DNA of 64,000 bases from a virus, in IMG/VR virus record IMGVR_UViG_3300046171_000155; one strand, written 5' to 3'. A program made the position numbers and the translations under genes. The notes under the pieces are model-generated. The model was not told the origin of the DNA. It ran no database searches and worked only from the letters and a program-made list of their open reading frames with translations. The first letter of the stretch is position 1, and each line of letters opens with the position of its first letter. Shown here piece after piece: positions 29,146 through 38,616 of the stretch.

Positions 29146-29586
29146 TTACTCGCTGATCAAATTTGGAAATGCCTCCTGTACAATTTTCTTGGTGATGTAA
29201 CGGACAGGTGGTTTCTTTGCCACCATCTTTAGGACATATTCAGCGTCTTCGGGATGAATCCCCTCCAACAACTCAATAAATTTTTGTTCGCGTTTATACG
29301 CGGGAAGTGAGTCTCCGCGACTACCATGCACAAACAGACCGAAGTCTCTATGCTTTTTCAGCAGAGTCGTCGGTACAGATTCTGGTCTATTGGGAGTAAA
29401 GGGAGGGCGACCTTCAGGAAGATTGAACTCTAGCGAGTCATCGAAGGTCCCCCGTAGAATATCTCGGAACGCATAGTGTTCGGAGTATTTTTTCAAAACA
29501 TTCAGTCTTGATTCTCGCGAGTCCGCATTCTTGTACTCTTCGAAGACTTCGAAGACTTCAGTTTTGGGAATAACAACATTGCTCAT
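29146..29586 (-). CDS. Conserved T4-like hypothetical protein (DUF6433-like)
   Basis: LPEG.PP, KREQKFIELLEGIHPEDA, EAFP. Confidence 0.7.
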   Translation of the reverse strand: MSNVVIPKTEVFEVFEEYKNADSRESRLNVLKKYSEHYAFRDILRGTFDDSLEFNLPEGRPPFTPNRPESVPTTLLKKHRDFGLFVHGSRGDSLPAYKREQKFIELLEGIHPEDAEYVLKMVAKKPPVRYITKKIVQEAFPNLISE

Positions 29587-29588
29587 GA

Positions 29589-29858
29589 TTATGCCTTTTC
29601 AATTGGATAACAGACGTATCGCTTCCTCTCTATGAGTATTTCCTGTTTCGTAGTACAAGCAAACAAGAATTGCCTTAGTCCGATATCATACCTAATAATA
29701 GTATTGCGATCTTGACCAACCTTTCTCTCTAGTTGAGTGATTCGGTTGTTCTTCTGATCTATCACCTTTATATATTCATCAAGTAACTTTGTTGTGCCAC
29801 CAATCCAGACCAAAGAGCACAACAAGGCACTAAGTGCCGCTGTATATAAGGTGTGCAT
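29589..29858 (-). CDS. Membrane-anchored coiled-coil protein (spanin-like?)
   Basis: N-terminal TM, coiled coil, two C-terminal Cys; late promoter. Confidence 0.5.
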   Translation of the reverse strand: MHTLYTAALSALLCSLVWIGGTTKLLDEYIKVIDQKNNRITQLERKVGQDRNTIIRYDIGLRQFLFACTTKQEILIERKRYVCYPIEKA

Positions 29859-29860
29859 AC

Positions 29861-29904
29861 GACTCTCTCCTTTAGTCTACAATTATTTATAGACAGAGAG
29901 AGTC
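29861..29904 (-). promoter_or_regulatory. RBS-sequestering hairpin with a late promoter in its loop
   Basis: GACTCTCTC...TATAAATA...AAGGAGAGAGTC-GT-ATG. Confidence 0.7.
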
Positions 29905-29905
29905 T

Positions 29906-30103
29906 CTAGTCGGGTAGTTTGTCCACCTTTTTCTTGATGAATGTACGACCCTTGGTTGAAAAAAGTCGCGACTTGAATGGGATGAATTCACCACTCAATT
30001 CTTTCTGATACCCGTGTAGATAGGTATTGCGCTCGGAAGTGTAGTAGATGTAGTTGCGAGCGGCACCATCCCAGTCGGTTGTTTCAATCAGTTGGTTATA
30101 CAT
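29906..30103 (-). CDS. Hypothetical protein
   Basis: ETTDW...NYIY...F.TKGRTF motif. Confidence 0.6.
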   Translation of the reverse strand: MYNQLIETTDWDGAARNYIYYTSERNTYLHGYQKELSGEFIPFKSRLFSTKGRTFIKKKVDKLPD

Positions 30104-30299
30104 TACGCATTGCCTTTATCAAATCAATAGAGTAAACGAGACCATTGATCTCGCCCTCAAGTAACATCCACGAAGTCTTGCGAGTCTCAATCTTCGTACT
30201 CGCAAGAACTTCGTAGTTTACGATATCGATTTGAGACTGAAAGTCTCTCAACCCTCTCAGTCTCTCCTCGAGTCGTGCTAGTAGCAGGTCTACGTTCAC
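30096..30299 (-). CDS. Hypothetical protein
   Basis: GTG start overlapping the upstream stop. Confidence 0.5.
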   Translation of the reverse strand: MNVDLLLARLEERLRGLRDFQSQIDIVNYEVLASTKIETRKTSWMLLEGEINGLVYSIDLIKAMRNV

Positions 30300-31255
30300 G
30301 CAGCGACTGCCATCTCGACTGCGAGTTCCGCAGCCTTCTTCTTCTTGACACCGTTGGCACCGTACCATGCAGAGGTCATACGACCGTCAGCAGTACGACC
30401 CGCAACGTGGTCTGTCAAGTAGGTCACAGAGTTGAATGCTTGCCACCATGAACCACGACCGAACTCAGCGCCTGGTTGAGTCTCTAACAACTCGTATGCC
30501 TTCTTCGCATTTGGTGCGAGATCTTTATATGCAAGTACCTCATGAGCAGGAGACTGTGATGGGAACAACGTGTTGTAGTAGTTGATTAACGACTCTGCGG
30601 TGAACTGCTTGGACGACAGGAACTGTGCCATCTCTTTGTACTGGTCAAACTTCTCGTGTGCAAGACCCAAGTGTTGCTTGACCATCTGTGGGTCAAACGC
30701 ACGTCGGTGGTTCACTTTGATTCCGTTGTTCGCAGAACCCTTGAGTGCAAGTGTCAGCGTGTTCATACAAGTCACACGGATCGGTGTGAATCGGATGTCA
30801 ATAGACTTACCGTACTCGTGTGGGTTAGAGAACAGAAGGTATGAATCGACTTGATCACCCTTCAACACATCGAATGACTCTTTGATCTTCGCGAGTGCGT
30901 AGACGAACTTGCCATCTTTGAGTGAACCCGCAGAGTTCATCTCCATGTCACCAGCGGCACAGTACTCGTTAAAGAAAGTGAACGCTTCTTCGTTCTGACA
31001 AGGTTCCCAGTTACCACCAACTTGGGTCAATACTTTATTGTCAGACGAACGCACGAGTGCTTCCATGCCTGTAGGGATCAGATCAACACCCTCTTTCGCG
31101 GCATAGGTAGGAACCTTCTCAACTTCCCAGTTTACACCAGCCTTTTCCATCATTTGTATCGGAGTCATGTCGTTAGACACCTCAGTTCCGATACCCCAAG
31201 GACATCCACCTACTGTGGCAGAAGTTTCGATTTGCAAAATATCATTCATAGTCAT
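30296..31255 (-). CDS. DUF932 family protein
   Basis: PWG.G, QNEEAF.FF, AGSL..G, TPIRV.C.NTL, W.AFN.VT...DH. Confidence 0.85.
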   Translation of the reverse strand: MTMNDILQIETSATVGGCPWGIGTEVSNDMTPIQMMEKAGVNWEVEKVPTYAAKEGVDLIPTGMEALVRSSDNKVLTQVGGNWEPCQNEEAFTFFNEYCAAGDMEMNSAGSLKDGKFVYALAKIKESFDVLKGDQVDSYLLFSNPHEYGKSIDIRFTPIRVTCMNTLTLALKGSANNGIKVNHRRAFDPQMVKQHLGLAHEKFDQYKEMAQFLSSKQFTAESLINYYNTLFPSQSPAHEVLAYKDLAPNAKKAYELLETQPGAEFGRGSWWQAFNSVTYLTDHVAGRTADGRMTSAWYGANGVKKKKAAELAVEMAVAA

Positions 31256-31257
31256 AA

Positions 31258-31467
31258 TTAAATTCCATCCGGTCGGTAAGTTTCAAATAGTTCTTTGGCT
31301 TCGGTCTCAAAACCAAGTTCAGCGAGACGATCCATCGTCACACGAATGCGTTGCGATTCATCACGCCCCTTCACGTAGTAACGATGATCGTCAGAAAAGT
31401 GATAGAACCAATCGTGGTTCTGAAGCATCTGCTCAAGCAGATCTAACTGGACATCTTGTTGAGTCAT
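31258..31467 (-). CDS. Hypothetical protein (HDW.Y..SDD family)
   Basis: HDWFYHFSDDHRYY. Confidence 0.65.
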   Translation of the reverse strand: MTQQDVQLDLLEQMLQNHDWFYHFSDDHRYYVKGRDESQRIRVTMDRLAELGFETEAKELFETYRPDGI

Positions 31468-31763
31468 TACGCAGCACTCCTTTCACGGACATCCAAGATC
31501 ATTTCACAAACCAACTCACGGTCGGTAGTGTCACCGTCAAAGTCAATAGAAGGACGGTAATTGAATCGGTCGATCATGCCTTGACAGATCTCAGCGATAG
31601 TGAACTCGAAAGGGTAGATCGCATCTTCACCGCAGTAGAACAACTGCATGTACTCGATGAAGTCAAGGACTTCGGCAACGGTCAACTCTGGATCGTTGGG
31701 GCGGAACGCACAACGGTAGTACTCAGTAACAGCGTGGATTTCTAAAATGTCAGTCATAACCAA
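31467..31763 (-). CDS. Hypothetical early protein
   Basis: Follows a promoter module; FDGDTTDRE motif. Confidence 0.65.
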   Translation of the reverse strand: MVMTDILEIHAVTEYYRCAFRPNDPELTVAEVLDFIEYMQLFYCGEDAIYPFEFTIAEICQGMIDRFNYRPSIDFDGDTTDRELVCEMILDVRERSAA

Positions 31764-31788
31764 TTCCTTATCATCAAATTACACAGTA

Positions 31789-31852
31789 ATTATACACGGT
31801 TTTAAAACGTCTGTCAACAAGTTTTTAAAAAAAGTTATAGTAAATAATACAC
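31789..31852 (-). promoter_or_regulatory. Early promoter module (family A)
   Basis: TTGACA-17-TATAAT; box GTAAATAATACAC at 31840. Confidence 0.8.
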
Positions 31853-32047
31853 ATTTTTAGAAACGTCCGATCGGTTCAATTACGGCATCAACTATCTGGA
31901 TTGTGTTGTTCTTCCAGTACTTGTCATACACCACACTTTCAAATCGTTTCTGTGCAAGTTCAAAAGACTTGTAGTAAGCCGCATTGAAAGTGCACCCCCT
32001 CTTGTCCGTTAGGACTATTTTGAATTTATTATTATGCATAACTCCCC

Positions 32048-32569
32048 TTATGCCATCATTGCCTCAAGTTCGTCGAACTGCTCTTCGACACCATACATAC
32101 CCATCTCTTTCTTGACACGCCACTCCTCGCGGACAGCTTCGTCAAGGTTGGTAAGAGAACATGCGTCCTTACCCATAGAGTCCTGTTCCCAACGGCGAAT
32201 ACCGACAACCTCGTTCTCGAAGTTGAGTGCCTTCTGCTCGCAGTACAACTGACCGAAGTCTACCGACGCGTAGATCGCGGACTCCCAGAACTCGATGTGG
32301 TCTTCCTCACGGAAGTCGATAAGATCGATCACCTGCTCAGAGATGATGTACTCCTCAGAGTATGCGGATGAGTGCTCGATAGAACGCTCAACGTCGACCC
32401 ACCACTGAGTGTTGGCGACATCATCCGCCGACGCGTTGATGAAGTAGGTGTCGCCACCCTTAGACTTCCAGTGCTGAGGGCAATAACCCTCACCGTTCCA
32501 ATCGTGGGCACCGTAGTTCTCACGGAACTGAGTAGAGATAACAACAATAATTGAATTAGACATAACCAA
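32048..32569 (-). CDS. Hypothetical protein
   Basis: TQFRENYGAHDW.G.G.CPQHWKSKGG motif seen in marine phages. Confidence 0.7.
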   Translation of the reverse strand: MVMSNSIIVVISTQFRENYGAHDWNGEGYCPQHWKSKGGDTYFINASADDVANTQWWVDVERSIEHSSAYSEEYIISEQVIDLIDFREEDHIEFWESAIYASVDFGQLYCEQKALNFENEVVGIRRWEQDSMGKDACSLTNLDEAVREEWRVKKEMGMYGVEEQFDELEAMMA

Positions 32570-32718
32570 ACCCTCTTAAGTGTAAAGTAGACCGTAACCG
32601 AACAAAAAACCTAGTGCCATACCCATCGCGATCAGAGACAACCAAGCGACGAAACCTTCACTAGGCATCTCTGGATTTTTCTCGGTGCGGGGTCGAAAAT
32701 CTCTCATAGAACTCATGA

Positions 32719-32880
32719 TTAAACCACCTCTTCCCAACGGACGATGAAGTCTTGAAGGAACTCAACTTGTTCTGGTTCCAGACCACCAACAACCAACAGT
32801 TCATCAGCACTCATCAAAGGCAACTGGTTCTCAAAACAGAACTGTCGGAACTCATTAATCAAACTATCAACAATATTCAT
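32719..32880 (-). CDS. Hypothetical early protein
   Basis: SD plus promoter module; MSADELL. Confidence 0.6.
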   Translation of the reverse strand: MNIVDSLINEFRQFCFENQLPLMSADELLVVGGLEPEQVEFLQDFIVRWEEVV

Positions 32881-32905
32881 AACTATCTCCCTATCAACAG
32901 TACCC

Positions 32906-32968
32906 ATTATACCTGTTTTAAAAATAATGTCAACAACTTTTTAAAACTTTTTTTCGTAAATATTTCAC
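32906..32968 (-). promoter_or_regulatory. Early promoter module (family A)
   Basis: TTGACA-16-TATAAT; box GTAAATATTTCAC at 32956. Confidence 0.8.
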
Positions 32969-33113
32969 GAATCTGATTTTTCGAGTTTCTCGATTTTGAG
33001 TTGGAGTGCGAGGATCGCATCCTCGACACGTGCGTTGTCTTCGGGAGACAACTCCCCACGCACCTCACAGAGGCACATCAACTCGTTATAAAGACCACCT
33101 AATACTGCATCCA

Positions 33114-33299
33114 TTACACAATCTCCCGTGGATTAATGAACCCATACTGCGGGTTCTCGAACTCATGATCAAACATACCGATCTCATTGAACCCAAACAG
33201 GGTCATGGCGGTGCTAGTGTCGCCCCTTTCGAACACGACCATCTCGTGTCCTGCTGGAATTGAACCTACAAACTCATTAATATTTTCAATCAAAATCAT
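33114..33299 (-). CDS. Hypothetical protein
   Basis: AAGGAG SD. Confidence 0.55.
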   Translation of the reverse strand: MILIENINEFVGSIPAGHEMVVFERGDTSTAMTLFGFNEIGMFDHEFENPQYGFINPREIV

Positions 33300-33311
33300 T
33301 ACGATATCTCC

Positions 33312-33488
33312 TTACTTCGCAATTGATGCGACAGCACACAAGTTCTTGATTTCAGTTTCGCCGTTGAGCAGTTCAACATACTGACGAATCGCAGAAGCAC
33401 AAGCACCATTCTTATGCTCAGCCTCAACACCTTGGAAAATCCAAGAAAGGTGCGTATCTTCTTTTACCACAACGTCATACAATCTCAT
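33312..33488 (-). CDS. Hypothetical early protein (start MRLYD)
   Basis: GAGAGAG SD after a family B promoter. Confidence 0.55.
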   Translation of the reverse strand: MRLYDVVVKEDTHLSWIFQGVEAEHKNGACASAIRQYVELLNGETEIKNLCAVASIAK

Positions 33489-33504
33489 ATCAACTCTCTC
33501 TGTC

Positions 33505-33574
33505 TCAATTTCAATACAGATATTATAGTATATGTTTTGAAAATAAACAAGGGTTAATTTAGGTAATTTGTCAC
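33505..33574 (-). promoter_or_regulatory. Early promoter module (family B), third copy of the 12.6/13.05-kb repeat
   Basis: TTGTTT-17-TATAAT; box GGTAATTTGTCAC at 33562. Confidence 0.8.
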
Positions 33575-33990
33575 TTTTTTTGAGGGAGGTGTTTTGCGTG
33601 GATCTTACAACCGATGAACGCGTTGTAGTAGTCGTCTCGCAGGAGTACGTCGTACTCGAACTGGAGTTTCGCTTCGTAGTAGGAACACTCGCCTTTAGTA
33701 AGGCAGAGCTTGAGGATTTCTCGTTTGTAGTTATCGGCACCGCGTTGCGCGACTGCCTCTTTGAGTTCTTGACTTGAACCGTAATATTTCATCCAGTCGG
33801 ACCCTACTCGCGTCTTCACTCGACGTTTTCGGGTCTTGGTCACTGGCAGTGTTTTAGGTTTCCAAAAGAACTTCTTACCGATGTACTTCATTCCGGTATC
33901 AAGTTCTGTAATCTGATAGACGAACCCTTGGTAAGGTTCAAGGAAGTCTTCGTCTGGGGTGAATTCTTTATCTTCGTATAACCAAGTCAT
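33571..33990 (-). CDS. GIY-YIG nuclease-family protein
   Basis: GFVYQIT...KYIGKK, YYGSS, REIL, Y.E, YYN. Confidence 0.75.
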   Translation of the reverse strand: MTWLYEDKEFTPDEDFLEPYQGFVYQITELDTGMKYIGKKFFWKPKTLPVTKTRKRRVKTRVGSDWMKYYGSSQELKEAVAQRGADNYKREILKLCLTKGECSYYEAKLQFEYDVLLRDDYYNAFIGCKIHAKHLPQKK

Positions 33991-33994
33991 GCAA

Positions 33995-34525
33995 CTATAT
34001 AGAGTTGCTATAAACCTCTATAAAATGCGATTCACCGTTGGCAACTGTCTTGCTCCATTCCTCTGCTGCACCGTCGTCTGCCTGATCACTGACGTACTTG
34101 TAGCATCGAAACTCGACACCAGCATCCTTACAGACTTTGGCAATTGCGTATGCCTCCATCTCGACTAGATCTGCTGGGATATCAAGGTTTGGGTCTGCAA
34201 CGAAATCATCACCTGTACTGCAAGTGAGTCCCTCACCTTCTCCAAGAACAACTCCGTCCTCGAACGGAGTCTGCCCTAGACTGTAACCCAATCCAGCGCA
34301 AGACATGTCTCGTTGTACGAATTGTGTCACTTCGTGGATACCACCATCTACGGTGATACCACCTGCGGTGCCGAAATTCCAAACCACATTCGGTTTGTGT
34401 CGTTCGATCAGTTTCGCGGCAGTCATTGCCGCATTGACCTTACCGACTCCGGTAAAAAAGACGTTGTCCCACTGGGACATTTTTGGTGCCTCTAACTCCA
34501 AGGCAATGAGGATGATGTCAGACAT
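33995..34525 (-). CDS. mtnN: MTA/SAH nucleosidase (PNP/UDP fold)
   Basis: GVGKVNAA, NFGTAGG, STGDDF, VEMEAYAIA, KYVSDQAD. Confidence 0.8.
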   Translation of the reverse strand: MSDIILIALELEAPKMSQWDNVFFTGVGKVNAAMTAAKLIERHKPNVVWNFGTAGGITVDGGIHEVTQFVQRDMSCAGLGYSLGQTPFEDGVVLGEGEGLTCSTGDDFVADPNLDIPADLVEMEAYAIAKVCKDAGVEFRCYKYVSDQADDGAAEEWSKTVANGESHFIEVYSNSI

Positions 34526-34526
34526 C

Positions 34527-35063
34527 TTACTTATCATATGTAACCACGCTGTAGGTTTTGATTTGTTGGCCACGGAGTTTCTCCGTGCCTCCTAGGAACT
34601 CTAAATCGATGACGCAACCATAAGAAACCTTCGTGACATCGAATGTCTGTAACAGTTCTGCGATGGCAAGTGCAGTACCGCCTGTCGCACTTACGTCATC
34701 AATGATGCACACCTGACTGTTCTTGTTCAACGGTGCAGTTGTTTTTATTTCAAGTGTGCGTGATGCATACTCGCATTTGTATTTGCGAGACTTCACGGGC
34801 GGGGGCAACTTGTTAGGTTTACGTACGATGTGTAGAGGTACACCCAAATACAAGGCAATAGGCGCACCCCATAAGAATCCTCGAGCGTCGGGGGCAACGA
34901 TATCCGTGTACCCCTTTCCTTCAATCTGATTCACAAGAGTACGGACACTCTGCTGGAATGCCTGCGGGTTCTGTAGGAGACTTGTCACGTCCTGAAAGTT
35001 GATTCCCTCTTCAGGCCAGTCTGGGACAGATTGTATCACTTGTTTTAAATTCATATCACTCAT
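34527..35063 (-). CDS. apt: Adenine phosphoribosyltransferase
   Basis: PDWPEEGINFQDVT, DARGF, VRKPNKLP, EY, IIDDVSATGGT. Confidence 0.9.
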   Translation of the reverse strand: MSDMNLKQVIQSVPDWPEEGINFQDVTSLLQNPQAFQQSVRTLVNQIEGKGYTDIVAPDARGFLWGAPIALYLGVPLHIVRKPNKLPPPVKSRKYKCEYASRTLEIKTTAPLNKNSQVCIIDDVSATGGTALAIAELLQTFDVTKVSYGCVIDLEFLGGTEKLRGQQIKTYSVVTYDK

Positions 35064-35214
35064 CGTCTCTTGAGAGACTGAAAGAATATCCAGTCTCAAA
35101 GTCTGCGTCTGACCCGCACATAGGACAGTGCCTTGGCACCTCTTCCTCATACGGGACTTGAACGATGCTTACCATATCACAGATAGGACACTCTAAAGTG
35201 TATTCAGTATCCAT
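35056..35214 (-). CDS. Small zinc-ribbon protein
   Basis: CPIC...CPMCG. Confidence 0.6.
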   Translation of the reverse strand: MDTEYTLECPICDMVSIVQVPYEEEVPRHCPMCGSDADFETGYSFSLSRDDE

Positions 35215-36188
35215 TATGCCACCTCTAACTCTATATCCTCCCAACCGAAGTCGTCGCCGTCCATTCCAGCAACTGAGTATTCGGTCACACGTTTCTCAAA
35301 GAAGTTGTCGTGTGATGCTCCGTTCAGTACCCAGTCCAACCACGGTAGTGGGTTATCTTTTTGTTTAAACTTTGGTTTCAGACCTAACTGAAGCAGACGA
35401 CGATCCGCAATATGACGAATGTAGTCAGTTACTTCCTGCTTCGTTATGCCTTGTACTTCGTTACCGTCAAATGCAAGATCAATAAACTTTTCTTCCAATT
35501 TGACAGCGTTTCGTGCCATCTTATATATCTTGGACTTAAGTTCGTCGTTCACGATGCGAGGGTGTTCCTCACAGAACTCACGGAACAACTTTGAGTTACC
35601 TTGTACATGGATGGTCTCATCACGGATGGACCACTCTACGATTGTTGCCATACCCTTCATCTTACCGAACCTCTGGAAGTTCAGTAACATGACGAACGAT
35701 GCGAATACAGACATACCTTCGTTAAACACCGACTGTGCTAATGATAGTGCAAGTCCAGTGTGAGAGTTATTATCTCCGTCCTTCATAAAATCGATCTTGT
35801 CCGCCATCTCCTTGTACTCTAGGAACTTGTGAAAGTCTTCGTCTGGCAGACCAAGTGTATCATTGAGGAGTGCGTACGCACGTTGGTGTACTGCTTCTCG
35901 TGCCGCAAACGATGACAACATGTTGCGGACTTCGTTGTTCTTGAACTTTGGTATCAACAGTTCGTGGTAGTTCTCCCCTACCTGTACATCTGACTGCGTG
36001 AATAGTCGCAGTACATGAGTAATAAATTCTTTCTCGGAATCTGACAGTTTGGTCTTCCAATCCTGTACATCTTCTGACAGTTCCGCTTCATCTTCAATCC
36101 AGTGTATTTCCTCGTGTTTCTTTGATAGTTCAACCGCCCAAGGATACTTGAACGGCTTGTATGTTTCCGATGTTTTTAGTAATGACAT
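35214..36188 (-). CDS. nrdB: Ribonucleotide reductase class Ia beta subunit
   Basis: EAVH, EG..F.SF, IRDETIH, NFFEKRVTEY. Confidence 0.95.
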   Translation of the reverse strand: MSLLKTSETYKPFKYPWAVELSKKHEEIHWIEDEAELSEDVQDWKTKLSDSEKEFITHVLRLFTQSDVQVGENYHELLIPKFKNNEVRNMLSSFAAREAVHQRAYALLNDTLGLPDEDFHKFLEYKEMADKIDFMKDGDNNSHTGLALSLAQSVFNEGMSVFASFVMLLNFQRFGKMKGMATIVEWSIRDETIHVQGNSKLFREFCEEHPRIVNDELKSKIYKMARNAVKLEEKFIDLAFDGNEVQGITKQEVTDYIRHIADRRLLQLGLKPKFKQKDNPLPWLDWVLNGASHDNFFEKRVTEYSVAGMDGDDFGWEDIELEVA

Positions 36189-36213
36189 ACTAATCCTTTA
36201 TTTGAATTGTTTA

Positions 36214-38223
36214 TTAACCCTCGCAGGCCCGACATTCATCGCCACCTTCAATTGGTTCGTACTCCACTTCACCTTTTAGATGCATCATAAGATCTTCATA
36301 ACCACCTATGTACTTGCCCTCCAGATAAATTTGAGGAACTGTCTTGACCTTTCGTCCTGTAACTTCTGCAGCCGACTTTCCAATCTCTTCAAGGTCGACG
36401 TAGTCATATTCTATGCCGCGTAATGACAGTTCCTCTGCGGCCATTTTGCACCATGGACAGTCTTGCTTTCCATAGAGTAGTGTTCGGTTGTCGTCTTGTA
36501 ACGCCACCCGTTCAACTTTGTCAGATACCGTCTCCGCACGAGACTTTGCCTCGGTGCGTAAATAGTATAGTCCCTTGAGACCTTTCTTCCATGCGTTGAA
36601 GTGTACTTTATTGACATACCGCTTCGGTGCACCTGACGGGAAGAATAAATTTACTGACTGACCCTGACAGATATATTGCTGTCGGTCAGCCGCGTGTGTT
36701 ACTACCCAGTTCTGGTCTAGTTCTTGAGCGGTCTTGAATACCGCCTTCTCTCCTTCGTTAAGGAATGGTAGGTGTTGCACCGACCCTTTTTTAGTAATGA
36801 TACTAGACCATGTAGATTCGTTGTCGTGACCCTTTTCTTGCAACAGACTGGTAAGATACGGATTCTTCACTAAAAACGAACCAGCGCGAGTTCTGTGCGT
36901 GTAGGCGCATGCCTTACTTGGTTCAATAGATGGTGATGTAGACAGAATAACTCCAGACGATGCATTCGGTGCGATCGCTAATAAGTGAGAGTTTCTGCGT
37001 CCAGTACCTTCTCCGTCTAGGTACTCACCACGTTCTTTTGCCAATAGTTCTGTTTCAGCAACAGCTTCTTCTGAGATGTGAGAAAAGACCACTTGATTTA
37101 TTTCACGTGCCTTGTCGGATTCCCAAGATACACCGTGTTTTTGTAGGAGTGAATGGAAACCCATTGCTCCAAGTCCAATGCTTCTTTCACGTGCCGCCGA
37201 ATAACGGGCGCGGGAAATACTATCTGGCGCATGACCGATGAAGTATTCGAGAACGTTATCCAACATACGAATAAGATCCCGCACGATATTAGTGTCTTTC
37301 CATTCATCATAATATTCTAAGTTTAGTGAAGACAAGCAACACACCGCTGTCCTCTCAGCGGAAGTAGGTAAGTGTATTTCGTTACATAGATTTGATCCGT
37401 GGATGCGCAGACCCTTCTCTTTGAGAGACATCGGTAGACCACGATTCGCGGTGTCGATGAAGTTTAGATATGGTTCGCCAGTTCGGAAACGAATCTCAAG
37501 AATGCGTTCCCATAGTTTACGTGCGTTGACAGTGTCTTTTACTGCACCGTCTTTTGGATCACGCAAATCAAAATCTGTGTTGTTCATTACAGCAGCCATG
37601 AACTCATCGGAGATGTTGATCGCATTGTGGATGTTCAGCGCCTTACGTTGTACGTCGCCTGTAGGAATGCGAATGTTTAGAAACTCCATGATGTCTGGGT
37701 GTGATATGTCTAGGTATGCCGCATAAGACCCCTTACGCGTTCTCCCTTGACGATACGCAATCATGTCTGCGTCTACAGTATGCATGAACGGAATAGGTCC
37801 TGGAGCAATGTCAGAGACGGTTCTTACGTCTCCCCAGTGACCGCCTACCCCACCGCCCATAACAGACAACCAACGTAACTCTGAAGAGTGCTCGATTAGT
37901 CCTTCGAGTGTGTCTGGAACATAGGTTAGAAAGCAGGAGATGGGAAGACCTTTGCCTTTGGTTTCACCGTTCTTTGGGGCATTAGACAGTACAGGCGATG
38001 CAAACATGAACCACTTTTTGCTTACATACTCGTAGAGACGTTCTGCAAGGCCTTCGTCTACAACACCCTCATATCGTGACCATGCGATCGCCGCTCTGGC
38101 ATAGGCATCTTGCGGAGAGTGTTCTCCATCCATCATGTAAAAATCTTTCAACATACCCACAGCGTAGTCAGTCAATAGATCGTCACGATCATAGTGTATA
38201 TCAATCATATTATTGTTGCTCAA
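36214..38223 (-). CDS. nrdA: Ribonucleotide reductase class Ia alpha subunit with inserted glutaredoxin domain
   Basis: ISCF, SNLCNEI, VCCLSS, APNASS, LYYLR; CPWC...TVPQI Grx domain; C-terminal ECRACEG. Confidence 0.95.
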   Translation of the reverse strand: MSNNNMIDIHYDRDDLLTDYAVGMLKDFYMMDGEHSPQDAYARAAIAWSRYEGVVDEGLAERLYEYVSKKWFMFASPVLSNAPKNGETKGKGLPISCFLTYVPDTLEGLIEHSSELRWLSVMGGGVGGHWGDVRTVSDIAPGPIPFMHTVDADMIAYRQGRTRKGSYAAYLDISHPDIMEFLNIRIPTGDVQRKALNIHNAINISDEFMAAVMNNTDFDLRDPKDGAVKDTVNARKLWERILEIRFRTGEPYLNFIDTANRGLPMSLKEKGLRIHGSNLCNEIHLPTSAERTAVCCLSSLNLEYYDEWKDTNIVRDLIRMLDNVLEYFIGHAPDSISRARYSAARERSIGLGAMGFHSLLQKHGVSWESDKAREINQVVFSHISEEAVAETELLAKERGEYLDGEGTGRRNSHLLAIAPNASSGVILSTSPSIEPSKACAYTHRTRAGSFLVKNPYLTSLLQEKGHDNESTWSSIITKKGSVQHLPFLNEGEKAVFKTAQELDQNWVVTHAADRQQYICQGQSVNLFFPSGAPKRYVNKVHFNAWKKGLKGLYYLRTEAKSRAETVSDKVERVALQDDNRTLLYGKQDCPWCKMAAEELSLRGIEYDYVDLEEIGKSAAEVTGRKVKTVPQIYLEGKYIGGYEDLMMHLKGEVEYEPIEGGDECRACEG

Positions 38224-38571
38224 TTATTTTGAATAGTCGTAAAACGGTTCATCACGTTGGAACTCATAGTCCTCGATGATCATTTGTTTTCCGGTCTCAT
38301 GGAACTTTTTACAGCACTCTTCTATGTAAAAAGTCTTTTCTTCGTCACTGAAGAGTTCTTCCCACATCATATGGTTATTGAAAGAACTACTAGGTTTAGT
38401 GATCAGGAATCTTTCGGGTGAAAGGGAGTCGCCCGAGTACCCGTCGAGAGGAACATAGATCAAGTTTTCTTCGGAGTAAGATGAGAGAAGAAGATCTTCA
38501 TCTATGATAGAGGTTTCTAAAATGACTACTTTATAGTCACCATAATCCGTAATCTTCATCTTGCATCCCAT
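38224..38571 (-). CDS. Hypothetical acidic protein
   Basis: ORF upstream of nrdA. Confidence 0.55.
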   Translation of the reverse strand: MGCKMKITDYGDYKVVILETSIIDEDLLLSSYSEENLIYVPLDGYSGDSLSPERFLITKPSSSFNNHMMWEELFSDEEKTFYIEECCKKFHETGKQMIIEDYEFQRDEPFYDYSK

Positions 38572-38616
38572 TAATTTAGACGTAAGATTATATAGTATTA
38601 TGAGGACTTCGTAAAG

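Noticed and set aside
31167-31745. Long + strand ORFs opposite early genes (also 10388-10843, 51548-52069, 63403-63891)
   Set aside because: Antisense shadows of biased - strand genes that have clear SDs and promoters.
33571-33990. 'NAD synthetase' label often given to this family
   Set aside because: Sequence shows GIY-YIG motifs and no SGGxDS PP-loop.
35214-38223. Introns or inteins in nrdA/nrdB
   Set aside because: Both frames are continuous and of normal size apart from the Grx domain; no intein motifs.
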